Notes: generated from the sequence alone by a model not told the origin. A DNA stretch of 64,000 nt from Octopus sinensis (GCF_006345805.1 NC_043000.1:107570001-107634000), one strand, 5' to 3'; shown: positions 1 through 13,900, counted from the stretch's first letter. A program made the numbers and translations.

Positions 1-7
1 ATATTAA

Positions 8-459
8 CCGCCCCGTCGATGTGAAGTTGAGTAAAAAAAAGAACATTTATGGTGAATTAATGCGGAACTTACAGTTCTTGTACTCTGTCTATAATCTTTT
101 TTTATGGTTATTTCTACAGATATTCTGTAGAAATTATAGCCAGCACTAATTTTTGCTACGTTTCGTATCAGTGCTAGCTATAATTTCTATAAAACATCGG
201 TAGACACTCTTAGAAAAACAATGTAAAAAGCATTGCTAAAGCAGTAGAACGTGATATTGACTTATAAACTCATTTAATATACTTTATAGTATATTATGAT
301 TGCATAACGAAATGTCACGTACGTAGAAATCATTAGTCTGACTATAAATCCCCATTTTTACGTATTATCATAGATGTATTTGGCTAAGTATCAACTAAGT
401 TATACAAAGGCTTAGATATACTTGGCTTTTCCGAGAAACTTCAAAATAGACTGGCGCGG
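8..459. mobile_element. piggyBac-like MITE with TTAA target site
   Basis: TTAA at 4-7 and 460-463. Imperfect terminal inverted repeats ccgccccgtcgatgtgaagtt vs revcomp ccgcgccagtctattttgaagtt. Internal hairpins at 111-133 and 128-189. Confidence 0.55.
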
Positions 460-483
460 TTAATCTATTAGCGGCACAATGAA

Positions 484-932
484 GATTTGTAAGACAGCTC
501 AAGACACCAAGTCAACCACATATTCACAAACACAGAGAACTCTCTTAACTCTAGAAGTATTGTAGCTTTGTTAGCAAGCGGCTTGAATTCTCTTAAGAAG
601 AACTTAAAAAAAACTCAAAGAAGAAACAAATCATACATACATACATACATACATACATACATACATACATACATACATACATACATACATACATGATGAT
701 TGTCAGCTCGATTTGTAAGACAGCTCAAGACACCAAGTCAACCACATATTCACAAACACAGAGAACTCTCTTAACTCTAGAAGTCTTGTAGCTTTGTTAG
801 CAAGCGGCTTGAATTCTCTTAAGAAGAACTTAAAAAAAACTCAAAGAAGAAACAAATCATACATACATACATACATACATACATACATACATACATACAT
901 ACATACATACATACATGATGATTGTCAGCTCG
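484..932 (+). repeat. Tandem duplication of a ~225 bp unit ending in (ATAC)n
   Basis: Copies at 484-709 and 710-932 differ by one visible substitution (gtattgt/gtcttgt) and by microsatellite length. Confidence 0.95.
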
Positions 933-1823
933 TAGACGAGTATAACAATCTTTGACAAATTATTTTATCCGAGATGTTGAAAGAAAATGGCTGTTAGCAA
1001 TGAACGTGCTGAAATCTTAAATCAATAACAGCTTGTAAAGGACCGTATAAACTCTCACCTAGAACACCAAGTAGTTTAGAAACAATTAAGATCGCAATGG
1101 GTTGAGTATTATTTCAGAATTTTCTTCTGCTAGACAATGGGTTTCTCACTCACAGTTGTTGGATGGTCGTGAACTTTATTGATTTTACACTTTGACAGGT
1201 TTTGTTTATCATCCTGCAAAGTATCCAACGAAACCACCCTCATCCCTTATCGAGCTCACTTTGTAGTATTTAGTAACCGACGGCCCGATTATGCGAAAGG
1301 TTGCATTGGATTATATGTTACCAGTATCACTAAGAATGACCTGATATTTAAAGCTAAATTTCACCATACAGTCAGTCGCCCGCTGACACTCGTTGATGCT
1401 ACATCGAAGAGGCCAGGGAACAGAAGAAAGAAGACATGCACTCAACACCAGAGCTGGAACATTTGCCTCGGTAGAGGAGTAGGGGCCGAAACCGGACGTG
1501 GTCCCTCCTGATGATGTCTTGAGCTAACTGGATCCTATAAAGGAGCTGTTGTGGTAGCAGACCACGAAACACGGTTGAAATTCCTCATATATATGTGTTT
1601 CCATTTTCATATTTCACTTTTATTTCTCAAGGAATTAACTATGATGTTTTATCTCTTAGTTAGTTATATAGATGATGTGCGTTGTATTTTAACTTTTCAA
1701 ACCGTTGTGGAATTCAGAAATTAAATTATGAAACATCTAGTAAATAATGTCATTTTTACTACATATGCATGCATACATACATACATACATACATACATAC
1801 ATACATACATACACATACATACA

Positions 1824-1855
<32 letters not shown>

Positions 1856-1857
<2 letters not shown>

Positions 1858-2595
1858 ACACCTTCAAAAGTAATTACGCTATGAATACTAATAAAAATAT
1901 TTGGTTAATAATTCCTTACGGGAGACAAATTAAATCTAATCTCCCACTGCTGTTTCGTCAAGCTATTGCTAGGAATTTTCCAAACAATTCTAGATATTAC
2001 TCTATAATTAATTCACATAAGGTTAGGATAGGTTTTTCAAACACAAAAAATCTCTTGCAAATTATATCTTCTCATAATAACAAACTGTTAAATATTAATA
2101 CATTTACTAATACTAACATTAATTTAGCTAATACCATCCAGCCCTCTAGAAATATTAATAACAAGGTTATTGTATCTGAAGTCAATTCCAATAGAATTAA
2201 ATTTATGTCAAGTAACTCTAAGATTAAAAATTATATATACCAGTGTATAATCAGTACTCGTAATAAAGTACGATTTTACATTGGAAGCACATCGTTAGAA
2301 TTATCTAAAATAAATTTCTATCCATTACTCAACATTTAGGGATAGAAATAAACGGAATAGTACCGGTCTCAGCAAACTGATTTGGGATTTAAAAGACCAC
2401 AATGAACAATTTCATTTAGAATGGTTGATCCTCTCAATTTCGATACCATATGACAAAGGCAAGAAATTCTGTCTTCTCTGCAATTCTGAGCTATTTTTCA
2501 TTATTTTTTCTAAAAATACTCTAGTAAACACAGTTATAGAATGAGCATACAGATGTAAGCATTGGCAAAAACATACATTTAGTGCATATAAGTAG
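1856..2595 (+). pseudogene. Penelope-like element (Naiad-type), 5'-truncated RT thumb/linker plus GIY-YIG endonuclease
   Basis: NIWLIIPYG, KVRIGFSNTKNLLQIISSHNNKLL, YIYQC...FYIGST; after a frameshift near 2310 HYSTFR...STGLSKLIWDLKD...FCLLCNSE...CKH. In-frame TGA at 2542. Confidence 0.85.
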
Positions 2596-2796
2596 TCTCT
2601 ATCATTATATATAATTTAAACTTTAATTTCCTTTATATTTGACATTCACTATTAATATCCTTACTCTTTCTGTTAGCTACTTATGACGTTATATCATTTA
2701 ACGTTTTTTTAAACAATATTAATAGCGTTCTGTCTGTCGCTATACAAATCCATCATTTTTTGCTAAAATGTCTTATTGACGAGTTTCGTTTTTTTC

Positions 2797-2882
2797 ACTT
2801 TCCTGAGGAGAAGATTGCATTGTTTATACCATTTATTCTTTTGAATAGTATCAGTGGAATTTTCGAAACATGTGTTGAAAGT
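2797..2882 (+). ncRNA. Minimal type-I hammerhead ribozyme in the Penelope 3' region
   Basis: Stem I actttc/gaaagt (6 bp); CTGAGGA 2803-2809; stem II gaagattgcattg/cagtggaattttc; GAAAC 2865-2869; loop ATGT; GTT triplet 2874-2876. Confidence 0.8.
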
Positions 2883-2942
2883 AAAAATATTTGTTTACAC
2901 CTGCGTTAACTCCATTTTTTATTCATATATATATACATATAT

Positions 2943-2986
<44 letters not shown>

Positions 2987-5374
2987 ATATATATATGAAG
3001 CTATAGTGGTCTATGGAAATTATATACGTTTTTATTATTTTTTTGCAATTTACTTAATCTTTGGTATTTTATTGTTATTTTAATTTTAATATTTCTATTA
3101 CATATAATTTTCTAGATGGTGTAATTTAATTGTTCATTTTGAATTGATAAAAGGTGTTTTTTTTTCTAATTTATATATATATATATATATTATATTGTGT
3201 GAAATTTGACTTAGTATTTCTAAATTGAATTTTTTCCCTGTATGTTAGGATTAATATTCCCTTAAATAATAATTATATATATATACGCATACAGGGTGGA
3301 GGTACACGAGCACATACACACACACATACACATTCACATATACATAAACATATGTATGTACAAACACGTAGCTTATTGTGAATTAGAGAAAATACTGAAT
3401 ACATAATGTAGAGTATAATTATATTTATTCCGCTGATACTATTTGCAGTAACTTCAAGTTTCCCGATTATTCGATCAATCATACGTAAAGGAACACATGC
3501 CTTGAGTACTGAAGTATTAATTGTTGGTTAACAGTAACAACCACCACCACAACAACGACTGCTATTTCTGAAGCTATAAGGGCCTATAGAAATTGTGTTG
3601 CCTGTCTTCAATCTTGTTATCTATGAGTTAGCTGAATGTAGAATCTTGAATTCTAGGTGAATATTGAAAAATTCAGACTTCCTCCATAATTTAGATCTTT
3701 CGTTTAGCAAAAGAAAAAAAGTGAACAGCAATAATAAAGCCTACCTTGACATCAGAAATATGGGATCTGTATTATCGATTAACAGGAAATCTTCTCCACA
3801 ACTCTAGTCTATTTAATCAAAAGCCAATATGCTTGTGAGAAAAACTAATAAACTATTTAGTCACACGGGAAATAAAATGAATGATTAAATGTGTTTTCTG
3901 ATTAGCTGTTGCTAATCAGCAGTTCGTATAAATTGGAGAGTAGCATAATTGATCTCAACGTTGAGGGAATGAGGTTATGTTGTGTTGATGTCTTCCTCAA
4001 GGTTATTAATGATACCTGGGAATGAAGGCATTTTCAGTTTTTCGACAGCATCTCCATCGCTCTTCGAAATTTCCTAGAACGAGGCAAATGTTTATCATAC
4101 AAAACATTATTAATAAATTATAAACTACTATTATCTAGACACAGTAGTGATGTGTTATTTTGCCTTTCAGAAGCAAATCAATTAGGTATCAACTGGCAGA
4201 TGTCTCTGCGTTTGTTATCTTTTATTTTGATAATAACACAATACTGTTCTCAAGAGAATGTTTCAAACAGAAGTTGGGTAATTGTAATACCTCCCAGCAT
4301 CAATTCTATGCAAACTTTGAGTTCTTGGTAAAAGATATGCATTTTTCTAATGATGCAATAGAATCAATGTCGAACGTGAAAACAGGAGAAACTATATCAC
4401 ACTTTTTATTATCAGCTATCGAAACACAATGCCTTATTGTTTTTCTTATATATTTAACAAATTAAGCTTTAAAATTATATAATAATTCAGATAAGTCACA
4501 TTTGATGTTGTAATTGTATTAACCGATTTTTTTATACTGTTTTGTAATATTCCATTAGGTCACGCCTCAATTTGAATTCAAATCCCTCAGAAGTCAAATT
4601 TGCCTCTCACCTTTACCAGGGGTCGGTGACATGTAAATCTGCAAAGCAGAGAGGAGATGAGTGAAGGATGGAATCATTATCCATAGAAACCTTGAATCTG
4701 TGTTAGAAATTATTATTATTTTGTTTGAGTAGAATTGGCAGTGGTTCTTAGTTGTGCTTAATGTATTTTTTAAGTTTATTTCCATTTAATTTTATCAATT
4801 TTAGCAACATACTCCAAATAAACGTTAAAATATTATGGTTTCTATTGATTTTCATCTTTAATTGGTCTTTCATTGTCGGTATCTTGAGACAATATACGTT
4901 GTAGCGAAACCTATCTATAATAAAGCAAAAAATAGAGAAACATAACAACAAGAATACGCTGTCAGATATAGATTGGAAGTATCGATTGAATTAAAACGTA
5001 TTGTAGGAAATAAACCACTAGAAAATTACAAAGAACATTCGTAGTTTGCGCTATTTATGGACGACAATAAGATAGATTTTGTGCCAATATACAACATCTT
5101 ATTCTGATTACGTATCTTGAAAATTAATCGATAAACTATAAGAGTCAGTGTCTTCACTTTGCAAAATTAGCAATCATCTTAGTATATATTTCTCCTGTTT
5201 ACCACTTTTAATTTGTTCAAATGCATTGCTATAGAAATGTAAGCTAGGTACGTATACATAAGGCGGTGGTTATCTTTTTGCATGAAGCGAAAAGCAACGA
5301 GCTTTTTATACAATATCCTTCTTTTTAACAAAGTTTGAGAAGAACTGACATTATTAAACCTCACTGGACCTTAT

Positions 5375-5800
5375 CCAATATGAAATAGTTAAAATGAATG
5401 ACAACTGAGTTATCAACAAAGAGTTTAAAGAGGTGGAGGATAATTTAAAACACGGATATCCGGGGGTGGGGGGTGGATTTAAACTGGATCTTCAGAAGAT
5501 AAAACTAAGATTTTAAACAATTTAATGAAGAAAATAATTTACGTTGGAAGTTTATCCAAATGAGATGTAGATCATTGTCATTGATATTCTTCAAATTCCA
5601 AGCTTGATGTTACTACTGAGTACCAAGATGTCAGTAGTTCATCGGGTGATTTGGCGAAGATGTTAATTGTTGGAAGTCATGAGTGTGTATAGACATTAAC
5701 AAATTGTTTCAGTTGAATAATTTCTATTACTTTGGTAGTGATTGATAAACTGAAATTAAAGAAGATAGGTGGGTATCAAGACCGAAGAATGTTTGGTGGT
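5375..5800 (-). pseudogene. Highly decayed LINE reverse transcriptase fragment
   Basis: Minus strand reads SLSITTKVIEII (like ISLLS..KVFE) and LFKLFVDNS (like LFADD), with many stops and frameshifts. Confidence 0.35.
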
Positions 5801-6082
5801 CACCGGTGATGACAGAGAAAAGCGTGCGGGAAATAAACCGATATAACTGATTGGTGAAGCCAGTTGGTTACTTCTAATATTGTCCAAATACAATAAGAGA
5901 CTTTGGACAATTGGCGCGTCATGTGTTCTTAATATTCTTAATATTTCGTGACTTGGTTTGACCGCAGTATGATAAAGCCAGATCTCACTTGGACGTCATG
6001 AAAAAAGCATACACACATGCATGCATATGTATCTATGTATACATGTGTGTGTATGAGTGCATCTATGAATGTATCTGTGCGC

Positions 6083-6270
<188 letters not shown>

Positions 6271-6719
6271 TATGGGGTGTGTATGCATATTCCTATGATA
6301 CCAATGCAATTGTCATGGAATCGACAGGTACATAGAAGAAAAAAGTGAGGAAGAAAAAAGCGATTCCACCTATCGGACTTTCCTAATCGTTAACGCGTTT
6401 TTTCAGAAACGTTGGATATAAAGAGCTTGGAATAATAAGAGGCTACTAATTCTGCGTGCATTAGGTTAGGTTTATCCAGAATGATCATTCTAGGAATGGA
6501 AATTATAAGATGTATATTTACAACGTGTGAGCTAATAAAGTATTTCATTTTCTATTACAGATGAAACATCGATTTACGCAAGTGCAGTAAATACGGAAAC
6601 ATTTACATTACTTGCATTTTTACGCTCCCCTAATAAAGCACAACAAGAATTATTTACATTGTTACTGCATGGATATTGTATCAAGATATGACCTGACACA
6701 ATGTTAAATTTACGTTGTT

Positions 6720-7345
6720 GAATTTCAACACCTGCAGGGAAGTCATTCCAGAGGTGCGATTTCTGGGGGAGGAAGATTGAACATAGTTCTTAAGGCGAGG
6801 CCGGATGAGGAGTCGACGCAAAAAGAGTGACATGAGGTAGAAAGGCGAGTGATTTGGGAATGCCTGATGGGTGGAGATATAAGACGAGCTAGATATGAAA
6901 AGCAGAGGCTATTACAGTAGTGATGGAAAAGACAGAGTGTGCAGGGGAAATTTCTGTGAGTCAAAGGCTAGAATAAGTTTATTAGTGATGTAATAACAAT
7001 AAACCGAATGCTCCTTCTATGGATGTGTTCAGAGATGTCTGAGTACAAGAAGCAGTAACATCCCAGATCCGTGCGCACAGCCTCATTGAGGGTCTTCCTA
7101 GAGGCTTATAGATTGTCAGTAGTGTTTAGGACGAAATAACTTCTAGCCCTAAAGAGAGGGGCTAGTGTTTATGACGTAGTTCTAACTATGGTAAGGATGT
7201 ACATTCGCCAAGGGAGTTTCTCGGTGATACTGAAGCCTACTGTAATCAGAGATCTAATGTAAAAGTAATGGAGAAGGTCGAATGGTGCTGACTGCGGTTG
7301 AATAGTGAAGCGTGTTCTAATCTTTCTTCATCGAAGCTGACTGGT
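6720..7345 (-). mobile_element. CR1/Jockey-like LINE, 3' end of ORF2, decayed
   Basis: LYKPLGRPSMRLCARIWD (like LYK..IRP.MEY...VW) and PLTHRNFPCTLCLFHHYCNSLCFSYLARLISPP (like PLSHRR.VASL.LFYRY...CS.EL..L.P.P). Confidence 0.7.
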
Positions 7346-7364
7346 GATGTTGAAGATAGCATCC

Positions 7365-7630
7365 TCATTCATCATTGTTCGACCGTGGTCGAGACAATGT
7401 TATTTATTATGCTATGCCAGACTTCACGGTCCATCATAGCATTACGGAGGTCCTATTGCTGGATGCCTGTATCCATGGAGATTACATCAGGGTAGGAGAG
7501 TGTGCGCCCTCTGGTATCGCGAGTAGATGGCTTCCAGAGGAGAAGAGCAGAAATTACTTCGTTTTCAGCTCTACAACAATGTCCAGCAAACTGGACTCTT
7601 CTACCTGTCACAAGAGATGATATAAGTGGT
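7365..7630 (-). mobile_element. RTE-like LINE 3'-terminal fragment
   Basis: RRVQFAGHCCRAENEVISALLLWKP...GRTLSYPDVISMDTGIQQ*DLRNAMMDREVW followed by a short tgatga tail. Confidence 0.75.
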
Positions 7631-8597
7631 AGAGCACATAATATCATAAACTCACGAAACAGCTTTTACTAATACATTCTCCTCGCTATCGGTTTGTGCA
7701 GAAAGAAAGCAACTAAAGTTACTATTATTGTTATTTCCAGTTGATCAGCTGCAATTACAATCGTGAGCATTCCGTATATATTACAGCGTGGATTCGGTTA
7801 TTCGGTTGATTGAATTAATTGCTCACTGAATTAACGTGTACATGGATGAGTATTCCTTCACAAAAACATATCTTAACCTACTCACCAGACAGAGTCAGCA
7901 TCAAGCAGTGAGACAAGGTGGTAGAATTCTAATTGCTGTTACAATCCATCCAATGGCCTTCTATACAGATTCAGTCCTTCCAGTTTTACCCAAAAGCTAT
8001 GGCTCGACTAAGGCTATAGTTACGGCTTCATTTACGTTGTTCAGTGTTTAAATTTAACAGGTAATTAACGTATTTATTCGTGTGTGTGTGTGTAAGTATG
8101 TAATCAATTCGGCGCCTATGCTTGTCCACTTGTTATGATCAAAATGGCGCCTGTGTTTCACCTATGTGGCTATCTGTGCGTTGAATTCCTCAGGAAGCAC
8201 TCATAATCATCATTAGTATATTTATTATCTGTCACTATAATTTATCAACTACTGTAAAACTCTTTCATAATATCGCAGAACTAATGTTCCAAAATCTGCT
8301 TGATGCCAATTAACTAATTGTGGTACACTAGAGTATATGTATTTTCATTTATGTGAGCGATTATTTTTATTTTAATTGTTAAATATTTGCGTTAATTTGT
8401 ATTGGAACAACAGTAAGAAAAACTAAAACCGACGACGACGACGACAAAAACAACAGTAACAACAACAGCAATAATAATAATAATCATATTCATTTCAAAG
8501 CATCATTAGAGTGTCTGCAGATAACTGACTTTTTATTTTAAAATGTGTTAAATAAAGAGACGATAAACAAACGCATATGCATACACACCAATACACT

Positions 8598-8664
<67 letters not shown>

Positions 8665-10407
8665 ACAAGCATACGATTTCACCGATATTTATAACTACCC
8701 ATATTTATGAAAGTATACACACACTTGCCCCCAAGTTTTAAAACATATTGATACATAGACACATTCTCATACACACAAAACAAAAAAAACCCAAACCAAA
8801 CCAAAATAAAAATAAAAACAAAAAAAAACAGACTGAATTACACCATAAAAAATCACCAAAGTTCTTGGAGAGCGTATAATGGGTTTGAGTAAAATAAAAT
8901 TATATATGAAACATTTACTAAATGATATTCTCTAGATTCGATACAAAGTTTAAGTGTTATGTGAGATTTCTGGATAGGTAATTGTAAATTCTATGCTCTT
9001 TGTAAGGTATTGAATAGCAGACGTAAAGTAAAAGTAATGCTTGAAAGAATTGGATGAAGGAATAAATAAATGTTTAATCGAAATTTTTTCTCGAATAAAC
9101 ATGGTTACCATGATAAACGTTATTAAAGAAGAACTAAGTATAAAACCACTGTACGGTCTCATAATATGCTAGAGGAAGTAACCAAATCTCCGATATCTGA
9201 TAAAATCTTACAGTATTAAGAAAATATTAAGCATACATTGGATGATGGAGTGCTATGTAATCTATTCCTGAAAATGAAAAATAAGAGGAGATGGGCGCAA
9301 ATAGAATTGATTTGATTTTGTGTATAAATTTGTTGTGTATAAATTTGTTATTCGATCAAGAATAATCATATGTATAAATGACAATTTCTGTCTGACTGTT
9401 ACCAACATAGTGCCTAAAACAGCGAACCAATATTCACGAAACTTAGCATACATGTTACACTCACATCCATTTCAATAATAGGCTAATTGGATTTCAATAA
9501 AATATTATAAGCCCCCCCCCCTCGTGGGGTTGGATGCATTATGATAAAATGAGAAGGGCACAAAAAGTATAAGTCTGAGAGAAACGCAGTAGCAGAGTGA
9601 GGGTGATTTATAGCAGGGAACGCGAAAACAGCATTATGTAAGCGACAAATCTGAGTGGAAATGGGAAGTTAACGTTAATATAGCTGTCATATACACGCAA
9701 CGCTGAATACATACTGTCGTAAATACATAGATACAACACACACACACACACACGTACTCAGAGAAATAGCTTTAAGGAGAGAGAGGGTAGGTGGCCTTTC
9801 TGATGTCCATCGCAGAGAAACACGCACACACAGACACACATTCACATACTGAAATATATATACATACATACATACATACATACATATACATACATACATA
9901 CATACATATGTCTACTATACACCATATTTGTATTAAACAAACTAGAGCAAAGCATTATAACGACCAAACTTGTTAGAACGTCTGACGTTTTAATGAATAA
10001 AGTCATGTGAAACGGTCGAACAGACATTTAAATAATTTAAAAAGGAGAAAAAATCCATAACGAATTTTTTCTTGCGAAAAATTCCACAAATCTGTTCTGA
10101 TCAAGAGGCCTTTCTGTCGGGGAAGGCATGGTCTAACAAAGAATAAACAAAAATATATATGACATTCTATTGTAAAAATTGCCTGGCAATGACGGGCTAT
10201 TCAGCTAGTATTGAAATAAAGGAAAACATTTATCTCAGCAGCTATTAGGGAATAATTTGTTTGTTGGAAAACAAAATGTTTGCAATTTGTTGAAACTCGG
10301 CGTAGCTACAAAGCCGACAAAGGGAGGCAACGATGTCGAATTTATTAATAAACTACAGGTATTAACTAATTTAATTTCACTTGGATGCATCCATCCAACC
10401 ACTTCCG

Positions 10408-10441
10408 CATACATACATACATACATACATACATACATACA

Positions 10442-10472
<31 letters not shown>

Positions 10473-10975
10473 TTAACTATATATGAGCATATTTAGATAT
10501 GCAATTGTATGCATGAAAATATATACACAAAACAAAACATACAAATCTGCACGTATACATACATACATATACATACATACATACATACATACATACATAC
10601 ATACATACATACATGCATACATATTTAACTATATATGAGCATTTCTAGATATGCAACTATATGCATGAAAATACATACATAAAACAAAACATACAAATCT
10701 GCACGTATACATACATACATACATACATACATACGTACACACACATATACATACATACACTCATACGTACATACATACATGCATACATACATACATACAT
10801 ACATATACATACATACATACGTACACACACACACATATACATACATACATGCATACATACATACATACATACATACATACATACATACACGCATACATAC
10901 ATACATACGTACATACATACATACATACATACATACATACATACATACATACATACATACATACATACATACATA
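10408..10975 (+). repeat. (ATAC)n array containing a duplicated ~95 bp unique core
   Basis: catatttaactatatatgagcat...caaatctgcacgtatac occurs at about 10468-10560 and again at about 10620-10712. Confidence 0.9.
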
Positions 10976-12139
10976 AATGATGTATGTATGTAGGCCGTCT
11001 GGAGCAGTTCATGTTTCTGTAACGTTTAATAGAGAGCCTAATAACATAGCGAACTCAAAAATTGATTTTACGTCCCGATTGCATTCTGCAAGCTAATCAT
11101 CTATGATAAGCGGTTCTTAGCAGAATGAAGAAATTCGCCAGGTAAGCTTATTTAGATGTATATTAAAGATATACTGAAATTGTAATAACCCGGGGGCAGT
11201 TATAATTACTGCCTCTCCTAAAAAAAGATACAAGACTCCAGGGATTCACCTCGTATGTATGTATGTATGTATGTATGTATGTATGTATGTATGTATGTAT
11301 GTATGTATGTATGTATGTATTATGTATGTATGTATGCATGTATGTACATACGTATATTTACATATTTATACACACTAACACAGACACACAAACACACACA
11401 TATATAGATACATGCATGCACACACATACATATACAAACACATAAAACAGTAGACTGGTAAAATAGAGAGGGCACGTGCTGGTGTGTCCAGTACTATGTG
11501 TGTGTGCGTGCGCGCGCACGTGTGTGCACGTGCGTGTGCGTGTATTTGTAATGTTCGGACAGTAGTCGAGTAAATATGACAAAATTAAATTTTTTATTAA
11601 GTAATCTCTAATCCCCTCATATATCAACACACACAGCCCCCACGCACTGATATACGCTCACACATGCGCATATACATATCCATGTATTTATATGTTGCAC
11701 ATTAATCAGGTATAAATATTGGTAAACAATTCTCTGAAAGGAAAAAATAACACAGCAACGGAGAACATTCAGAGATTGAACATGGTATTTATTATTACTT
11801 TGACTTTTTGACGAGCACCTCAAATGATTTCCATGTAAAACTACTTTCGCAGCTTGTTTCGTTGTAGTCCAAGAAATAAATGCCAGTTGTGTCTTAGACG
11901 ATTCAGTAAATGTCAATTGTGCTTCATGTTGAGCTAATCGGCCATACTGCTTCCCTTTATGAATATTATTTTCTTTTCCTTTTGTTCATATTAAATACAA
12001 ATTCTCTGTCACCGACATTTGTTCTATTGTTTTGTTAAGTTGGATAATCGAATAAAGATCATAATATTTGGAAATGAATTATTTGTACAAAGCAAGCAAC
12101 GTGTGTGTGAATAAATACATTACTGTCAGTAACACCGGT

Positions 12140-12695
12140 CAATCTCGATGGAATTTGAACTTAGAAGATAAAGACAGGCGAAATGACGGCAAGCATTTTG
12201 CCCGGCGTGCTAACGATTCTGCCAGCTTGCTACCTTCTTTTAAAAAAATAATCCTTACTACTGCAGACACAAGGCCTGAAATATTGAGGGAGGAGGATAT
12301 TCGATTATCTTGACCCTAGAGCGCGACTGATTCTTTTGTCACAGACCCAGAAAAGATGAAGGGCAAACTCGATGGGATTTGAACTCAGAACGTAAAGACA
12401 GGCGAAATGCCGTAACGGCATTTGGTCCAGCTCGCGAACGATTCTGCCAGCTCATCGCTTTATGGAGTGATTTTTCAAAGTTTGGTACACAGCCATAAAT
12501 TTCGGGGAAGGGAGTAAATCGATTACATCGGCCACAGAGTTCTACTTGTATTTATTTTATCGACCCTGAAAGGATAAAGGGAATTCGACCTCGGCGGGAT
12601 ATGAACTCAGAACATTAAGACCGGCGAAATGTCGCCAGGCAATTTGCCTGTCTTATGCTTTACCACCTAACAATTCTACCAGCCGTCCGCCGTTT
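12140..12695 (-). mobile_element. Cluster of degenerate tRNA-derived SINEs (family B)
   Basis: Repeated reverse complement of ggcgagctggcagaatcgttagc...ttctgagttcaaattccgccgaggtcgac...cctttcggggtcgataaa. Confidence 0.8.
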
Positions 12696-12807
12696 GGGAA
12701 CAATTTAATATTAGGACAAAACAGAATTACAGAAATATGTAGATAGTATCCATAAATAATGAAAAGGTGAACAATATAGATGAATTAGGAAATCTATACG
12801 CCATGAT

Positions 12808-13110
12808 GTGGAGGCACATGGCCTAGTGGTTAGAGCAGCTGACTCGCGGCCGAGGGATCGCGGGTTCGAATCTCAGACCTGGCGATGAGTGTGTTTATGA
12901 GCGAAACACCTAAGCTCCACGCGGCTCTGGTAGAAGGTAATGGCGAACTTCTGCTGACTCTTTCGCCACAACTTTCTCTCACTCTTTTCTCCTGCATCTT
13001 GCAGCTTACCTGCGACGGACCGGCGTCCCGTCCAGGTGGGGAACCGATACGCCAAGGAAACCGGGAAACCAGCCCTTTGAACCAGGCATGGCTTGAGAAG
13101 GAACAAACAA
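12808..13110 (+). mobile_element. tRNA-derived SINE (family C-like)
   Basis: A box tggcctagtggtt and B box ggttcgaatct; gccatgat repeated at 12800-12807 and 13119-13126 as a target-site remnant. Confidence 0.8.
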
Positions 13111-13285
13111 GTCAATGTGCCATGATACACGAAGAAGCTACGCCTGATGACAATGATATCCTGAACAGATTTCAGAATATCAGAAACGTTTATATGATTG
13201 AGAAAAATGGGAGGAAATATTGAAAGTAAAACGAAAATGTGTGTTTTAAGGTTTTATCCCCTTTTTGTTTCAATATTCTCCTTAA

Positions 13286-13900
13286 GGCGGCAAGCTCGCA
13301 GAAACGTCGGGCGAAATGCTTAGCAGTATTTCGTCTGTCTTTATGTTCTGAGTTCAAATTCCCCCGAGGCCGACTTTGCTTTTCCTCCTTTCGAGATCGA
13401 TAAATTAAGTAGCAGTTGCGTACTGGGTCGATCTAATCGACTGCTCCCTCCCCCCAAATTTCTGGCCCTGTGTCTAGAATGGAAAAGAATATTCTCCTTC
13501 TCTGAAGGCGGCGAGCTGGCAGAAACGTTAGCACATCGGGCGAACTGCTTAGCGGTATTTCGTCTGCCGCTACGTTCAAATTCCGCCGAGGTCGACTTTG
13601 CCTTTCATCCTTTCGGGGTCAATTAAATAAGTACCAGTTCCGCACTGGGATCGATATAATCATCTTAATCCGTTTCTCTGTCCTTGTTTGTCCTCCCTGT
13701 GTTCAGCCCCTTGTGGGTAGTAAAGAAATAGAAATAAGCATTTCGTCTGCCGTCACGTTCTGAGTTCAAATTCAGCCGAGGTCGACTTTGTCTTGCATCT
13801 TTTCGAAGACGATAAATTAATTACCAGTTGCATGCTAGGGTCGATCTAATCAACTGGCCCCTTCCCTAAAATTTCTGGCCTTCTACCTAGAGTACGAAAG
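13286..13900 (+). mobile_element. Tandem or nested family-B SINEs
   Basis: Three SINE bodies; the 12-mer aatattctcctt is present at 13272, 13488 and 13901. Confidence 0.85.

Noticed and set aside
2542-2544. In-frame TGA in the Penelope endonuclease as selenocysteine, as reported for some Naiad elements
   Set aside because: It falls in VIE*AYRCKH at a position that does not correspond to a conserved cysteine; a simple nonsense mutation is more likely, and I saw no SECIS.
6561-6690. Possible exon after acceptor tttcattttctattacag
   Set aside because: No convincing partner exons, weak donor and no recognisable peptide.
12808-12885. Functional tRNA gene
   Set aside because: The acceptor stem does not close and the sequence continues into a SINE body; the same applies to the other tRNA-like heads.
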